Notes: a model not told the origin generated them from the letters alone. 64,000 nucleotides of DNA from Bradymonadia bacterium (GCA_049318805.1 JBMOFP010000002.1:9273-73272), one strand, 5' to 3'; shown: positions 31,273-41,337, counted from the stretch's first letter. Made by a program: numbers and translations.

Positions 31273-32076
31273 ATGCCTGAGATGCTCGTCAAGCAAGACG
31301 CCGTGCGTGGCCAGAACACCCTGAAGAAGGTCGAGGAGGAGCTCCAGTCCGACCAGAAGCAGGCGGGCGCCGCCCAGCGGCAGCAGAGCTACGTGCGCGA
31401 CGAGCAGGCGAAGGCCGCCGCCCGCAAGGAGGCCGAGGCGGCCGGCGTGCGGAAGAAGCTTCAGCAGAACGACAAGACCGTCGCTGGCCTCGAGAAAACG
31501 AAGGCCGACCTCGAGAAGCGCCAGAAGGCCGACGCGAAGCTGGCGTCTTCCAAGCTGGCGGAGGCGGACAAGGCGCGGCCCGCGCGTGACAAAGAGGACG
31601 CGCGCAAGAGCGAAGCGGCCCAGAAAAAAGAGGCGGCGGCCAACGCCGAGGCCAAGAAGCAGGCCGAGGTCGAGCAGGCGCGCGCGCCGGACCGGGAGAA
31701 GGTCAAGGACGCCGTCGAGAAGCGCGAGTCGGCGGAAGAGGAAGAGGGGGCGGCCGAGGAGGCCGAGCACGAGGCCGCCGCGGAGGAGTCCGGGGGCAGC
31801 AAGGCCAAGGCGCAGGCCGAGGCGAAGGCCGGCGCGCCGAAGGCCGTCTCCCCGAAGAAGGACGGCCACGCCGAAGCGCTCAAGACCGTGCGGGCGTCCC
31901 TGCGGAAGGCCTACTCGGAGCGTCGGGCGCTCACGCTTCAGCTCTCGTCCATCCTCAACGGCCTCGCCGGGCTCGAGACCAACGCCGAGAAACGCAAGAA
32001 GATCTCGGCGGAAGCCCGCCAGAAGCTTCCGCTTCAGGTCATCGCGCTCGAGCGAAAAGAGCGCGCGCTGCGCTGA
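31273..32076 (+). CDS. Lys/Ala/Glu-rich low-complexity coiled-coil protein (histone H1/AlgP-like composition)
   Basis: ATG 31273 with GAGGAG 6 nt upstream. Highly charged KAEA repeats throughout. Confidence 0.5.
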   Translation: MPEMLVKQDAVRGQNTLKKVEEELQSDQKQAGAAQRQQSYVRDEQAKAAARKEAEAAGVRKKLQQNDKTVAGLEKTKADLEKRQKADAKLASSKLAEADKARPARDKEDARKSEAAQKKEAAANAEAKKQAEVEQARAPDREKVKDAVEKRESAEEEEGAAEEAEHEAAAEESGGSKAKAQAEAKAGAPKAVSPKKDGHAEALKTVRASLRKAYSERRALTLQLSSILNGLAGLETNAEKRKKISAEARQKLPLQVIALERKERALR

Positions 32077-32082
32077 ACTCGG

Positions 32083-33285
32083 TCAGGCCCGACGTCGACC
32101 GGCTTCGACGATTCGCCCCTTCCACACGGCGCCGCGCCCAGACCCGATGCGCCACGCGCTGTTCCAAAAGAGCGCCAGGACGACGGCCATGCCGAGGGGG
32201 AACGTCCAGAAGAGCCCCCAACGGTACCCGTGTCGGGCGTGACCGAAGGCGTCCGTGGCGAAAATCAGGAGCACGGCGAGGGCCTCGAGTCCCAGAAAGA
32301 GCGGCTCGAAGGGCGCCCCGACGGCCCAGCGGGTCGCGTTGCGCGCCAGTAGCAAGAAGGGCAGCAAGCTCGAGGCGAAGAGCAGCGCCGTGACGACGAG
32401 CGTGGCGACGAAGCTGTAGGAGAGCGCCGGAAAGAGGTTCTTCGTCCAGCCGTTCCAGATCTCCTTGAAACCCGTGTACATCCGGCACTCGAAGACCGAC
32501 GGGCCGAAGTAGAGACGGTAGGGGACGCGCTGAGCTTTCGCGCGCTTCGCGAAGTCCACGTCGTCGAGCACGCTCCCCCGGATCGCTTCGTGTCCCCCGA
32601 GGCGATCGTAGGCCTCTCGGCGAAAGAGCAGACACTGGCCGTTCGCCAGGGCGCGTTCGTGGTCGGGGTCGTTCACCTCGTGCAACGGATTGCCACCGGC
32701 GATCACGGCCCCGATGCGTGTCTGAACGACCCGCTCCCAGAAGGACGCCACCACCAGCCGACCCAGCGCGCTGGCCATCTCGGCGCCCTGTGCCTGGGTG
32801 CGCGCGATGAGCGCTCGGGCGCCGTCGGGTGCGAGCCGCACGTCCGCATCGATGAAGAGCAACCAAGCGCCACGCGCGTGGGATTGAGCAAGGTGGAGGG
32901 CGTGCGGCTTGCCGAGCCAGCCCTCCGGCGGGTCGACCCCGTCGATGACGCGGACGCGTGCATCCGCGGCGGCGAGTGTCGCGAGCACCGCCCCGGTGCC
33001 ATCCGTGGAGCGGTCGTCCACGACCACGACCTCGAGCGCCCCGGGCCACCGGGTCGCCAGGGCGGCCTCGACACACCCCCGGATGTTCGCCGCTTCGTTG
33101 CGGGCGGGGATGATGATCGACAACACGCCGGGATCGTCGGGGAGGGGGTCGAGCGGGACCCCGCGGTTGAGGGTGTACTCGGGCGGGTTGTCCTGGCCAC
33201 GGAGGAGTCCGACCAGGCTGCGCGCCCAGGCGAGGTCCAGCAAAATGAGGCCCGCGGCCCCACCCCAGAAGGCGTAGTCCGTCAT
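32083..33285 (-). CDS. family 2 glycosyltransferase with C-terminal transmembrane region
   Basis: GT-A motifs SIIIPARNEA, VVVVDDRSTDGT, DADV. Four C-terminal hydrophobic helices. Confidence 0.75.
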   Translation of the reverse strand: MTDYAFWGGAAGLILLDLAWARSLVGLLRGQDNPPEYTLNRGVPLDPLPDDPGVLSIIIPARNEAANIRGCVEAALATRWPGALEVVVVDDRSTDGTGAVLATLAAADARVRVIDGVDPPEGWLGKPHALHLAQSHARGAWLLFIDADVRLAPDGARALIARTQAQGAEMASALGRLVVASFWERVVQTRIGAVIAGGNPLHEVNDPDHERALANGQCLLFRREAYDRLGGHEAIRGSVLDDVDFAKRAKAQRVPYRLYFGPSVFECRMYTGFKEIWNGWTKNLFPALSYSFVATLVVTALLFASSLLPFLLLARNATRWAVGAPFEPLFLGLEALAVLLIFATDAFGHARHGYRWGLFWTFPLGMAVVLALFWNSAWRIGSGRGAVWKGRIVEAGRRRA

Positions 33286-33437
33286 GAGGACCGCAGCCTA
33301 ACAGCATCCCGCACGCGCGTTCTCTCTGAACGCGCGCGGGGCTGGTTTACTGGGATTTCGCTCCTATCGTAAGGTCCGCGGATTACCGCCCGGTGACGGG
33401 CGGGTCACGGGTTGAGTTCCGGGGAGACGAGGTCACG

Positions 33438-36400
33438 ATGTTTTCGATTCGTTGGGGATTGCAGGCGGCTCTGACCGCCGCGCTGCTGAGCGCGTGCGGT
33501 GGAGACGAAGGTGGTGACGGCACGGGGACGGGCGGCACCGGCGGAGGCGGCGGCAACGTCGGCGGCACGCCGGGTGGCACGATCCCCGATTCAGGCATCG
33601 AGCCCGATGTCGGGGAGATCCCCGACGCCGCGCCGCTCCTCCCGCCGTGCAGCGACACACGCGACAATGACGGCGACGGCCTCATCGACGACGCGGACCC
33701 GGGATGCGAAAACCCCGCGGACCGGGACGAGACCGACCCCGCGGCACCTGCGGCGTGTTCGAACTCGAACGACGACGACCAGGACGGCTACACCGACTTC
33801 CCCGCGGACCCGGGCTGCGGCTCCGAGTTCGACGACAACGAGGCGAACCCGGCCATCGACCCGCTCTGCAACGACGGCATCGACAACGATCGCGACGGCC
33901 TGGTCGACGAGCAGGATCCGGGCTGCACGAGCGTCGCCGACCCGCAGGAGCAGGACCCGGCGGAGCGACCCGCGTGCGCCAATGGCCTCGACGACGACAA
34001 CGACGGCGTCGTGGACTTCCCCGCCGAGCCCGGCTGCCGCACGGCCGGCGACACCGAAGAGGACGACCCGCCGCAGCCGCCGGATTGCGCCAACGGCAAC
34101 GACGACGACGAGGACGGCCTGGTCGACTACCCGGACGATCCGGGGTGCGCCGGCGGCGGCGACACGGATGAGACGGACAAGCCGGTCCGGCCCGCGTGCG
34201 CCGACGGCGTCGACAACGACCGCGACGGCAAGACCGACTACCCCGACGACGACGGCTGCGTCGCCGCGGCGGACTACAGCGAGCGCGGGAGCTGCGGCAA
34301 TACCTACGACCCGGCGTCCATCCTGCGCGACGTGCCATTCCTGACGGACATCAGCGGCGGGCTCTTCGAGAGCGAGGGTTCGTGCGGCGGCCGCGGAAGC
34401 CCCGAGGTCGTGCTCCAGTACCGCCTCGAACGGCGCGTGGAGCGGCTCGTGATCTCGACGGTCGGCGAGGCCACGCAGATCCCCACGACGCTCTACGTGC
34501 GCCGCGGTGCCTGCCTGGACGAGGACACCGAGGTCGGCTGCCAGCGGGAGAACGAGAACGCCGAGACCTTCGGCAACACACTCGAGATCGCGGAGCCGGA
34601 GCCGGGCGACTACTACATCTTCGTCGACGGTGTGGCGGGTGCCGGTGGTCCCGTTCAGGTCACCGTGTCCGAGCTGGACCTCGCGCAGTGTCTGAACGGC
34701 ATCGACGACGACGGCAACGGCCGCGTCGATTTCCCTTCCGATCCGGGATGTTCGGAGCCTCAGGACCGCGATGAGACCCCGCCGGACGTCATCCCCGCGT
34801 GCGCCAACGACGAGGACGACGACGGCGACGGCGCCGTGGACTACCCGCTGGACTTCGGGTGCATCTCCGCGGCCGGCAACGACGAGACCGATCGCTGTGG
34901 CCAGGGGGTGCGCTACCAGGAGTTCCCCAACGACCGCGAGTTCGTGCTCGGAGACACCTCGGACGGCACGAACAGCCTACGGGGAAGCTGCGGCGGGGCG
35001 AACACGCCCGAGGTCATCTACCGCTACATCAACCCCTTCGCGTCGCGCTTGACCTTCAGCACCAACCACCCCGAGACGGAGGTCTCGACGGTGCTCCACG
35101 TGCGCCGCGCGTGCGATGGGGCGAATACCGAGCTGGCCGCGCCCGCGGGGTGCAGCACCGGTGATGGCGTCGCGATGCGCGGGCGCCTGACGATCGACCG
35201 AGCGGCCGTAGGGGAGTACTGGGTCGTCGTCGATACCCGCCAGGGCGAGGGCGGGCCGTTCAAGCTCTCCGTCGAGGTCCGCCGCCTCGACCCGGGCTGT
35301 GTGAACGGCCGGGACGACGACGAGGACGGCGCGATCGACGGCGACGACCCCGGCTGTGAAGGTCCGGCCGACGAGGACGAGGCGGATCCGCCCCGTGGCG
35401 CGCCACTCGCCGCGTGCAACAACGGCGACGACGACGATGAAGATGGCCTGCCCGACTTCCCCTACGACCCGGGCTGCGCCGCCCGCGGGGACGCCGACGA
35501 GGCCGACGGTGAGGTGCTCGGGGCCTGCGCCAACGGGCTCGACGACGACGACGACAACCGCATCGACTTCCCGGTCGACCCGGGGTGCCAGTCGCGGGGC
35601 GACGACAACGAACGCAACCCGGTTCCGCCGCCGCAGTGTGGCGACTCCATCGACAACGACAACGACGGCGTCACCGATTACCCGAATGATCCCGGGTGCT
35701 TCGCCGCTGGAGACCCGAGTGAGGACGACCCCGCGATCGACCCCGTTTGCGCGAACGGCGTCGACGACGACCGCGACGGCGTCGCCGACTTCCCCTTCGA
35801 TCCCGGGTGCATCGCGTCCTCGTGGATCGACGAGTCCGACCCCGACGTGCCTCCGGTCTGCTCGAATGGCATGGACGACGACGAGGACGGCTTCCCCGAC
35901 TTCCCGCGGGACTACGGCTGCACCTACGCCGCCGATCCGAGCGAGGTCGGCGCCGCGTTCGCGCCGCAGTGCGGCAACCGCCGGGACGACGACAACGACG
36001 CGCGCATCGACTTCCCGGACGACCCGGGCTGCCGCTTCGCGGCCGACAACGACGAGGTGAACCCGGGCCAGCTCCCGCCGCGCTGCAACGACGGCGTGGA
36101 CAACGACTTCGACGGGTCCCTCGACTTCCGGGACCTCGGGTGCCTCGACGCCGAGGACGACGACGAGACCGACCCCGCCGAGGTGCCGTTGTGCGGGAAC
36201 GAAATCGACGACGACGCAGACGGCTTCCTCGACTGGCCGCTCGATCCGGGCTGCCAGGCGCGGGGCGACCTCACCGAGGACCAGGGTTGCCGACCGGACG
36301 TGGACACGCCGCTCATCGTGGCCGGCGAGACAGTCCTCGGCGCGACCGTGGCCGACGGTGCCGACAACTACTTCAACCGCTGTGGCGGTCGGCGGGCGCC

Positions 36401-37295
36401 GGACGCCGCCTATCGCTACGTCGTCGAAGAGGCGGGGGATGTGACCTTCAGCGTCGCGAACCCGGGCACCGACTTCCCGGCCGTCCTCTCGGTCCGCTCG
36501 GACTGTGAGGAGCCCAGCACGCTCATCGATTGCGCGGGCAACTTCGCCCGGCCGGAGCCGACCGTGACCCTGCGGAACGCCGAGCCCGGCGAGTACTTCG
36601 TCTTCGTCGACGGCGGCGGCCCCGAGCGCATCGTCTCGCGCCAGGCGCCGGTGCCGATGCCCATCGACCCGCGCGGCTTCGTGCCCGACCAGGGCATCCA
36701 GGACGGCTGCGGTTGGGGCGACGCCGGCAACGACGCCTTCGACTGCTTCGGCGGCTCCATCACGATGAACTTCGGCGGTGCGGCGGCCATGATCAGCCCG
36801 GCGCTCGGCACCCGCGCGGTCAACGCCGGGGCCTACCGTGCGAACTTCACCAGCGAGTTCGGCGGCCAGGTCTGGCGCCTGCGCTTCGACCCGGCCGAGG
36901 AGTTCGACGAGCGTCCGGTCACCATCACCCTCGGGGGCAACCTCGGGAGCGACGGCGGCACCCAGGGCGCCGTCTCGCCCATCGACTTCGAGGGCTACGG
37001 GCTCAACTACATGCGCACGACCGACGGCGGCCAGTTCGATCCTCCGGTCGTGCACCTGGTGGTGCCGTCCGATCCGCAGGAGCAGGGCGCGGTGAACTAC
37101 GGCCGTGTCGGTGACCAGGTCACCATCACGGTCACGAACGTGAAGCTGCCGGTCGTGATGTACTTCGCGCCGAGCTACGCGGACGAAGCCGGCGTGGTGA
37201 ACGCGCTGCTGCGCGACCTCGAGCTCCAGGCCGGCCCGGCGGGCCCCGACGCCCCCCGCTTCGGCAACTACGAACTGACCGTCCAGGCGAATTGA
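33438..37295 (+). CDS. giant lipoprotein with about 24 Cys-bounded thrombospondin-type-3-like acidic Ca-binding repeats and three inserted beta domains
   Basis: ATG 33438 after GGAGACGAGG. Lipobox LLSAC. Repeating unit CxNGxDDDxDGxxD[FY]PxDPGC. Three about 140-aa insertions, each with GSCGG..PEV..YR..E[PA]G.Y. Confidence 0.7.
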   Translation: MFSIRWGLQAALTAALLSACGGDEGGDGTGTGGTGGGGGNVGGTPGGTIPDSGIEPDVGEIPDAAPLLPPCSDTRDNDGDGLIDDADPGCENPADRDETDPAAPAACSNSNDDDQDGYTDFPADPGCGSEFDDNEANPAIDPLCNDGIDNDRDGLVDEQDPGCTSVADPQEQDPAERPACANGLDDDNDGVVDFPAEPGCRTAGDTEEDDPPQPPDCANGNDDDEDGLVDYPDDPGCAGGGDTDETDKPVRPACADGVDNDRDGKTDYPDDDGCVAAADYSERGSCGNTYDPASILRDVPFLTDISGGLFESEGSCGGRGSPEVVLQYRLERRVERLVISTVGEATQIPTTLYVRRGACLDEDTEVGCQRENENAETFGNTLEIAEPEPGDYYIFVDGVAGAGGPVQVTVSELDLAQCLNGIDDDGNGRVDFPSDPGCSEPQDRDETPPDVIPACANDEDDDGDGAVDYPLDFGCISAAGNDETDRCGQGVRYQEFPNDREFVLGDTSDGTNSLRGSCGGANTPEVIYRYINPFASRLTFSTNHPETEVSTVLHVRRACDGANTELAAPAGCSTGDGVAMRGRLTIDRAAVGEYWVVVDTRQGEGGPFKLSVEVRRLDPGCVNGRDDDEDGAIDGDDPGCEGPADEDEADPPRGAPLAACNNGDDDDEDGLPDFPYDPGCAARGDADEADGEVLGACANGLDDDDDNRIDFPVDPGCQSRGDDNERNPVPPPQCGDSIDNDNDGVTDYPNDPGCFAAGDPSEDDPAIDPVCANGVDDDRDGVADFPFDPGCIASSWIDESDPDVPPVCSNGMDDDEDGFPDFPRDYGCTYAADPSEVGAAFAPQCGNRRDDDNDARIDFPDDPGCRFAADNDEVNPGQLPPRCNDGVDNDFDGSLDFRDLGCLDAEDDDETDPAEVPLCGNEIDDDADGFLDWPLDPGCQARGDLTEDQGCRPDVDTPLIVAGETVLGATVADGADNYFNRCGGRRAPDAAYRYVVEEAGDVTFSVANPGTDFPAVLSVRSDCEEPSTLIDCAGNFARPEPTVTLRNAEPGEYFVFVDGGGPERIVSRQAPVPMPIDPRGFVPDQGIQDGCGWGDAGNDAFDCFGGSITMNFGGAAAMISPALGTRAVNAGAYRANFTSEFGGQVWRLRFDPAEEFDERPVTITLGGNLGSDGGTQGAVSPIDFEGYGLNYMRTTDGGQFDPPVVHLVVPSDPQEQGAVNYGRVGDQVTITVTNVKLPVVMYFAPSYADEAGVVNALLRDLELQAGPAGPDAPRFGNYELTVQAN

Positions 37296-38485
37296 ACGTT
37301 TTCGTTCAGCCGACGGGTCGGCGCATCGAGCCCTTCGGGGATCCGGTCGTCGAGACGCCCATCCTCAACCGGCCGCTCTCCACGTGGCAGGCGGAGGCCT
37401 TCCGCGCCGCGGGCCTCCAGGTCGTGGAGAGGCTCGCGCCGCCCTGCCTCGAGGTGCCCGACACACTCTTCACCACGGGCGGTGCGCTGCGCGCCTTCGT
37501 CGACGCCGCCGCCGGACGCAACGCCGTGCTGGTGCTCAAGGCCGGGGTCCACGGTCGCTCCACGACCCCGGTCCAGCCCGGCGTGGTGCAGACCGAGGCC
37601 GGGTGGCGCTTCGAGGCGATTCGTTTCCACGGCAACGGCGACGCACCCTTCGTGGACGTCGTCGTCGACCCCGACGAGAACGTGATGAAGCTGCCGATGC
37701 CGTCCCAGTTCACGGGGCGGACCGAGGTCGACGTCTCGTTCCCGCGCCACCCGCTGATGACCTTGCATCACTGGGTCCACATCCTCTGGGCGAACCAGGT
37801 CGCGGGGTCCATCGAGCTGCGGGCCACGCCGACCTGGAAGTTCGTGCTCAAGGGGCTCTGGGCGGCGCTCAGGGCGCTCTCCCTGAACCGTTGGCGCGTG
37901 CTCGGCAAGCTCAACCAGATCGGGAAGGGGTGCGACATCCACCCCACCGCCACCGTGGAGGGCAGCACCCTCGGTGCCGGTGTGAGCGTCGGACCCTACG
38001 CGCGTGTGCTCTTCAGCCGACTGGACGACGGCGCGGTGGTCATGTCGGGGGCGCACGTGGAGGCGAGTTGCATCGGCGCCCGCGCGCTCGTGAGTCAGTG
38101 CACGACGCTCCGCTTCTGCGTCCTCATGGCCGAGTCCATCGCGAGCCAGTACCTCATGCAGCAGTGTGTGCTGGGCCGTCGGGCGGTGACCACGGGGGGC
38201 GCGTTCAGCATCGACCTGAACTTCGACGGCAACATCCGCGTGCCCCTCGACGGCGCGCTGCACGACACCGGCACGAACTTCCTGGGCTCGGCCTTCGGCC
38301 ACGGGGCGCGCATCGGCACCGGGCACTGGCTCGCGAGCGGCCGCATGGTGCCCAACGGGGCGTTCCTCATTCGTGACCCGGAGGAGGTCATCCAGCGAAT
38401 TCCCCCGGGTCTACCGACGGACCGGCCGCTCTACCTCCAGGGCGGTCGACTCGTCCCCGTTGGGGAGCCGCGCGGGTCGAAATGA
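37292..38485 (+). CDS. left-handed beta-helix (hexapeptide-repeat) protein, putative acyl/nucleotidyl-transferase-like
   Basis: TTG start overlapping the upstream stop. Central and C-terminal hexapeptide repeats (GKGCDIHPTATVEGSTLGAGVSVGPYARV..). Confidence 0.55.
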   Translation: MNVFVQPTGRRIEPFGDPVVETPILNRPLSTWQAEAFRAAGLQVVERLAPPCLEVPDTLFTTGGALRAFVDAAAGRNAVLVLKAGVHGRSTTPVQPGVVQTEAGWRFEAIRFHGNGDAPFVDVVVDPDENVMKLPMPSQFTGRTEVDVSFPRHPLMTLHHWVHILWANQVAGSIELRATPTWKFVLKGLWAALRALSLNRWRVLGKLNQIGKGCDIHPTATVEGSTLGAGVSVGPYARVLFSRLDDGAVVMSGAHVEASCIGARALVSQCTTLRFCVLMAESIASQYLMQQCVLGRRAVTTGGAFSIDLNFDGNIRVPLDGALHDTGTNFLGSAFGHGARIGTGHWLASGRMVPNGAFLIRDPEEVIQRIPPGLPTDRPLYLQGGRLVPVGEPRGSK

Positions 38486-40098
38486 CGATCCTCGGCTGGG
38501 CGTTGGCCCTCGCGGCCTTCGCCGTCCTCCTCTCGCGCGCTCGCCTCGGGCTGCGTCCGCTGCCGGCGCCGGTGCCCGCCTCGCACGTGCCCCCCTACAC
38601 ACTGTGGCTCGGCGAAGGGGCTGCGCAGCCCGTCCTCGACCCGCCGCCGCGCGCTGTGGTCCGCGGTCGGACGCTCGAGACACTGCCCGGCACGGCGCGC
38701 GTGCTGCGCCTCGCGGCGGGCGTGGACGTCGCGCCGTCGTTGCCCCGGGCCCTCGCGGCCTGTGGGCCGGTCTTCATCTCCGTGTTTCCGCTGCCCCGCG
38801 GAGACCTCTCGGCGCTGACTCGAGAGCGCTGGCTGCGTGACTTCGCCGGCCCCGGCCGTGTCGCCGATCCCCGCGATCCCGCGGGCTTCGCAGACGAACG
38901 GTGTGCGTGGTTCGAGGCCTCGGACCTGGCGCTCCAAGGCGAGGACGCCCCTCCGGTCCTGCGGATGGCGCGTGCGCGGAAGGCCCACCTGCTCCCGGTC
39001 GAGGTGCGCCACGGCGGCGGCCAGGTCCCGCTCGTGACCGGACCCGGGATGAGCTCCGCCGCCTTTCGCGACGGCCTGCCCGCGTGGACCCTGCGCGACC
39101 CCGTCGTCGTCTGGCTCGCGGGGCTCCTCCCGCTGCTCTTCACCGCTGCCTTGGTCGTCGGCCTCGCGCATCCGGACGCGCGCGAGGGCGCCTTGCTGGC
39201 GCTCTTCCTGGGCGCGGTCGCTCGGCTGTGGGCGGCGCGCGTGGAGGGCTTTGGCCTCTCGCTGAGTCTGGCGGGGGTGTTTCTCGAGCCGCTCGTCGGC
39301 GCGCGTGTTTTCTCGGTGCGCGCCGCCGCGCCCACCGGTGTGCCGGCCGCCACGACGGGTCCTTCCCCGCGGTTGACGGGGGCGCGTGGCGAGCTCACGC
39401 AGCGGCAGTGGCTCGATGAGGCGGCCGTGCCCTTCCTCGCGCGGCGCCTCGGTGGGGCTGCGCGTGTCATGGAGCAGCTCTACGGAAACCGGCCCAGCGG
39501 GCGGACCGCGCGTGGACTCCTCATCGACCGTTGGGTCCATGCGTCTCCGGCCGCCCGCGCGGTCCGCTGGCGGCGCCTCGCGGTGGCGCGCCTGGGGCGA
39601 GCGCTCGCCCCGGACAGCCTGCTCTCCGTGCCGTGCGGGGGCGCGACGGACGCCGCCGAGATCGGCGCGGCGCACACCGTGCTCGTGGACCCCGATCCTG
39701 CTGCGCGCGCCCTTGCGCGAGACACCCTTCCAGGCGCCGAGATCGTCGGCGCCACGCTCGAAGGTTCACCCACCGGCCCCTTTGCGCTGTGCCTCTTTGT
39801 CGGGCTCTCCGAGTACCTCGACGACACCGAGGTCGTTCGCGCCCTCGTCTGCCTGCGCGCGCGGCTGACGCCGGAGGGCGCGCTGATCACGACGATGACG
39901 GCGCAGAACGAGAGCCAGGCCCGCATGCGCGAGCTGCTCGGCTGGCACACACGGGGGCGGCGCGCCGAGGCCTTCGTGACGCTGCTCGACGCCGCGGGCT
40001 TTCGAATCGACCATCGTGAGTCCGATCCGCTCGGCCTACAGTGGGTCTTTGTCGCGCGCCCCCTCGGGGCCCCGTTGAGTCCTGCGCCATCCCACTGA
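38482..40098 (+). CDS. membrane protein with C-terminal class I SAM-dependent methyltransferase domain
   Basis: ATGA overlap with the upstream gene. TM helices near residues 1 to 20 and 200 to 260. C-terminal motif I-like LLSVPCGGATDAAEIG and ALITTM. Confidence 0.55.
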   Translation: MTILGWALALAAFAVLLSRARLGLRPLPAPVPASHVPPYTLWLGEGAAQPVLDPPPRAVVRGRTLETLPGTARVLRLAAGVDVAPSLPRALAACGPVFISVFPLPRGDLSALTRERWLRDFAGPGRVADPRDPAGFADERCAWFEASDLALQGEDAPPVLRMARARKAHLLPVEVRHGGGQVPLVTGPGMSSAAFRDGLPAWTLRDPVVVWLAGLLPLLFTAALVVGLAHPDAREGALLALFLGAVARLWAARVEGFGLSLSLAGVFLEPLVGARVFSVRAAAPTGVPAATTGPSPRLTGARGELTQRQWLDEAAVPFLARRLGGAARVMEQLYGNRPSGRTARGLLIDRWVHASPAARAVRWRRLAVARLGRALAPDSLLSVPCGGATDAAEIGAAHTVLVDPDPAARALARDTLPGAEIVGATLEGSPTGPFALCLFVGLSEYLDDTEVVRALVCLRARLTPEGALITTMTAQNESQARMRELLGWHTRGRRAEAFVTLLDAAGFRIDHRESDPLGLQWVFVARPLGAPLSPAPSH

Positions 40099-40190
40099 CG
40101 CCGCCGTCGCCCGCCTGACGCTGACACGGTCCTCCGGCCCGCGCCGAGCCTCGCCGCGCGACTGGCCCGGGCCTTGCTCAACGGGTCGGC

Positions 40191-41312
40191 ATGCAGATTC
40201 AAGCCCCCCAGCGGAACCCTCTCGCCACGCCGACCGAGCTCGCCCTCCAGCTCTCCGATGCACTCGTACAGCAAGGGGACAGACGGCGCGCCACGGCGCT
40301 CCTGGAGCTCGTCGCAGCCTCCGGTGAGACCGACGAACGCCTCGCCCTCCGTCGGGCGGACAGCGCCCTCGAACAGGGCAACGCCCCCGAGGCGCTGAAG
40401 CTCCTCGCGCGGGTCTGGGAGACGGGCTCTCTCGACCCACGCGTCGAGGCGATGCTCGCCCTGTGCGCGCTTGCGGTCGGCATGACCGACGTGACCGAGT
40501 CCCTCACCGCCGATCCGGAGCGCTCGCTCGACCACGCGGCGGTGCGTCTGCTCCTCGCCGCGGCCCGCGGCGAGCGAGTCCGCCTCGAGGGTGTGGGCGG
40601 GTCCACCGAGACGATGTTCCTGCTGCGGACCCACCTGCGGACGCTGGCCCACTGTGGGCGGGCCGACCTCGTCGACGCCTTCTCGCGCGCGGACCTCGGG
40701 CTGCCGTCGGTGCACTCGCTGATCCACGGGCTCGCGATGGAGTCGACCCCGTCCCGCGAGGTCGCGTCGCCGAGTCTAGAGGCGACCCGCGCCGACTTCG
40801 TGGCGGCCTGGCGGGGTCCCGCGCCCCACGCGTCTGCGAACTGGGCCTGGACCATCGGCCGCGAGATTGCGGGCGGGGAGCGCACCCTCTTGCTCTCGCC
40901 CTGGCCCGACGCCTTCGCGACGGCCCTGGCCCACGCGCGTGTCACCCGCCTCTCGCCCGTGCGGGGTCCCGGCGTGGAGATCGTCGCCGATCCGGAACAC
41001 CTGCCGGTCGCCCCCGGGCGCTTCCAGCACATCGTCGCCGCCGGTTGGCTCGGGCACGCGCTGAATCCCGAGGCGGCCCTGCGAGAGCTCACCCGCGCAT
41101 GCGGACACGAGGCGCAGGTCCATCTCCTCTCCGCGGGCCCCGCGGCCGCGGGCGACGCCGACGTGACCCTGTCGGTCGCGGCCCTCGAGCGGTTGGCCGC
41201 CCGGGTCGGGCTCAGCGAGTGCGCAGGTGTGGCGCGGATGGACGACGGCCTGCCGGCGACGCCTGCCCGGGCCGAGGTCATCTTCGTTCGGGGCGTTCGC
41301 CGCTGCGTCTGA
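40191..41312 (+). CDS. hypothetical protein, helical-repeat N-terminus and methyltransferase-like C-terminus
   Basis: 373-aa ORF with sensible codon usage. Weak Rossmann-like LLLSPWPDAF..VEIVADPEHLP. Confidence 0.4.
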   Translation: MQIQAPQRNPLATPTELALQLSDALVQQGDRRRATALLELVAASGETDERLALRRADSALEQGNAPEALKLLARVWETGSLDPRVEAMLALCALAVGMTDVTESLTADPERSLDHAAVRLLLAAARGERVRLEGVGGSTETMFLLRTHLRTLAHCGRADLVDAFSRADLGLPSVHSLIHGLAMESTPSREVASPSLEATRADFVAAWRGPAPHASANWAWTIGREIAGGERTLLLSPWPDAFATALAHARVTRLSPVRGPGVEIVADPEHLPVAPGRFQHIVAAGWLGHALNPEAALRELTRACGHEAQVHLLSAGPAAAGDADVTLSVAALERLAARVGLSECAGVARMDDGLPATPARAEVIFVRGVRRCV

Positions 41313-41337
41313 CCCGAGGGCACCGACGCGTGAAACG

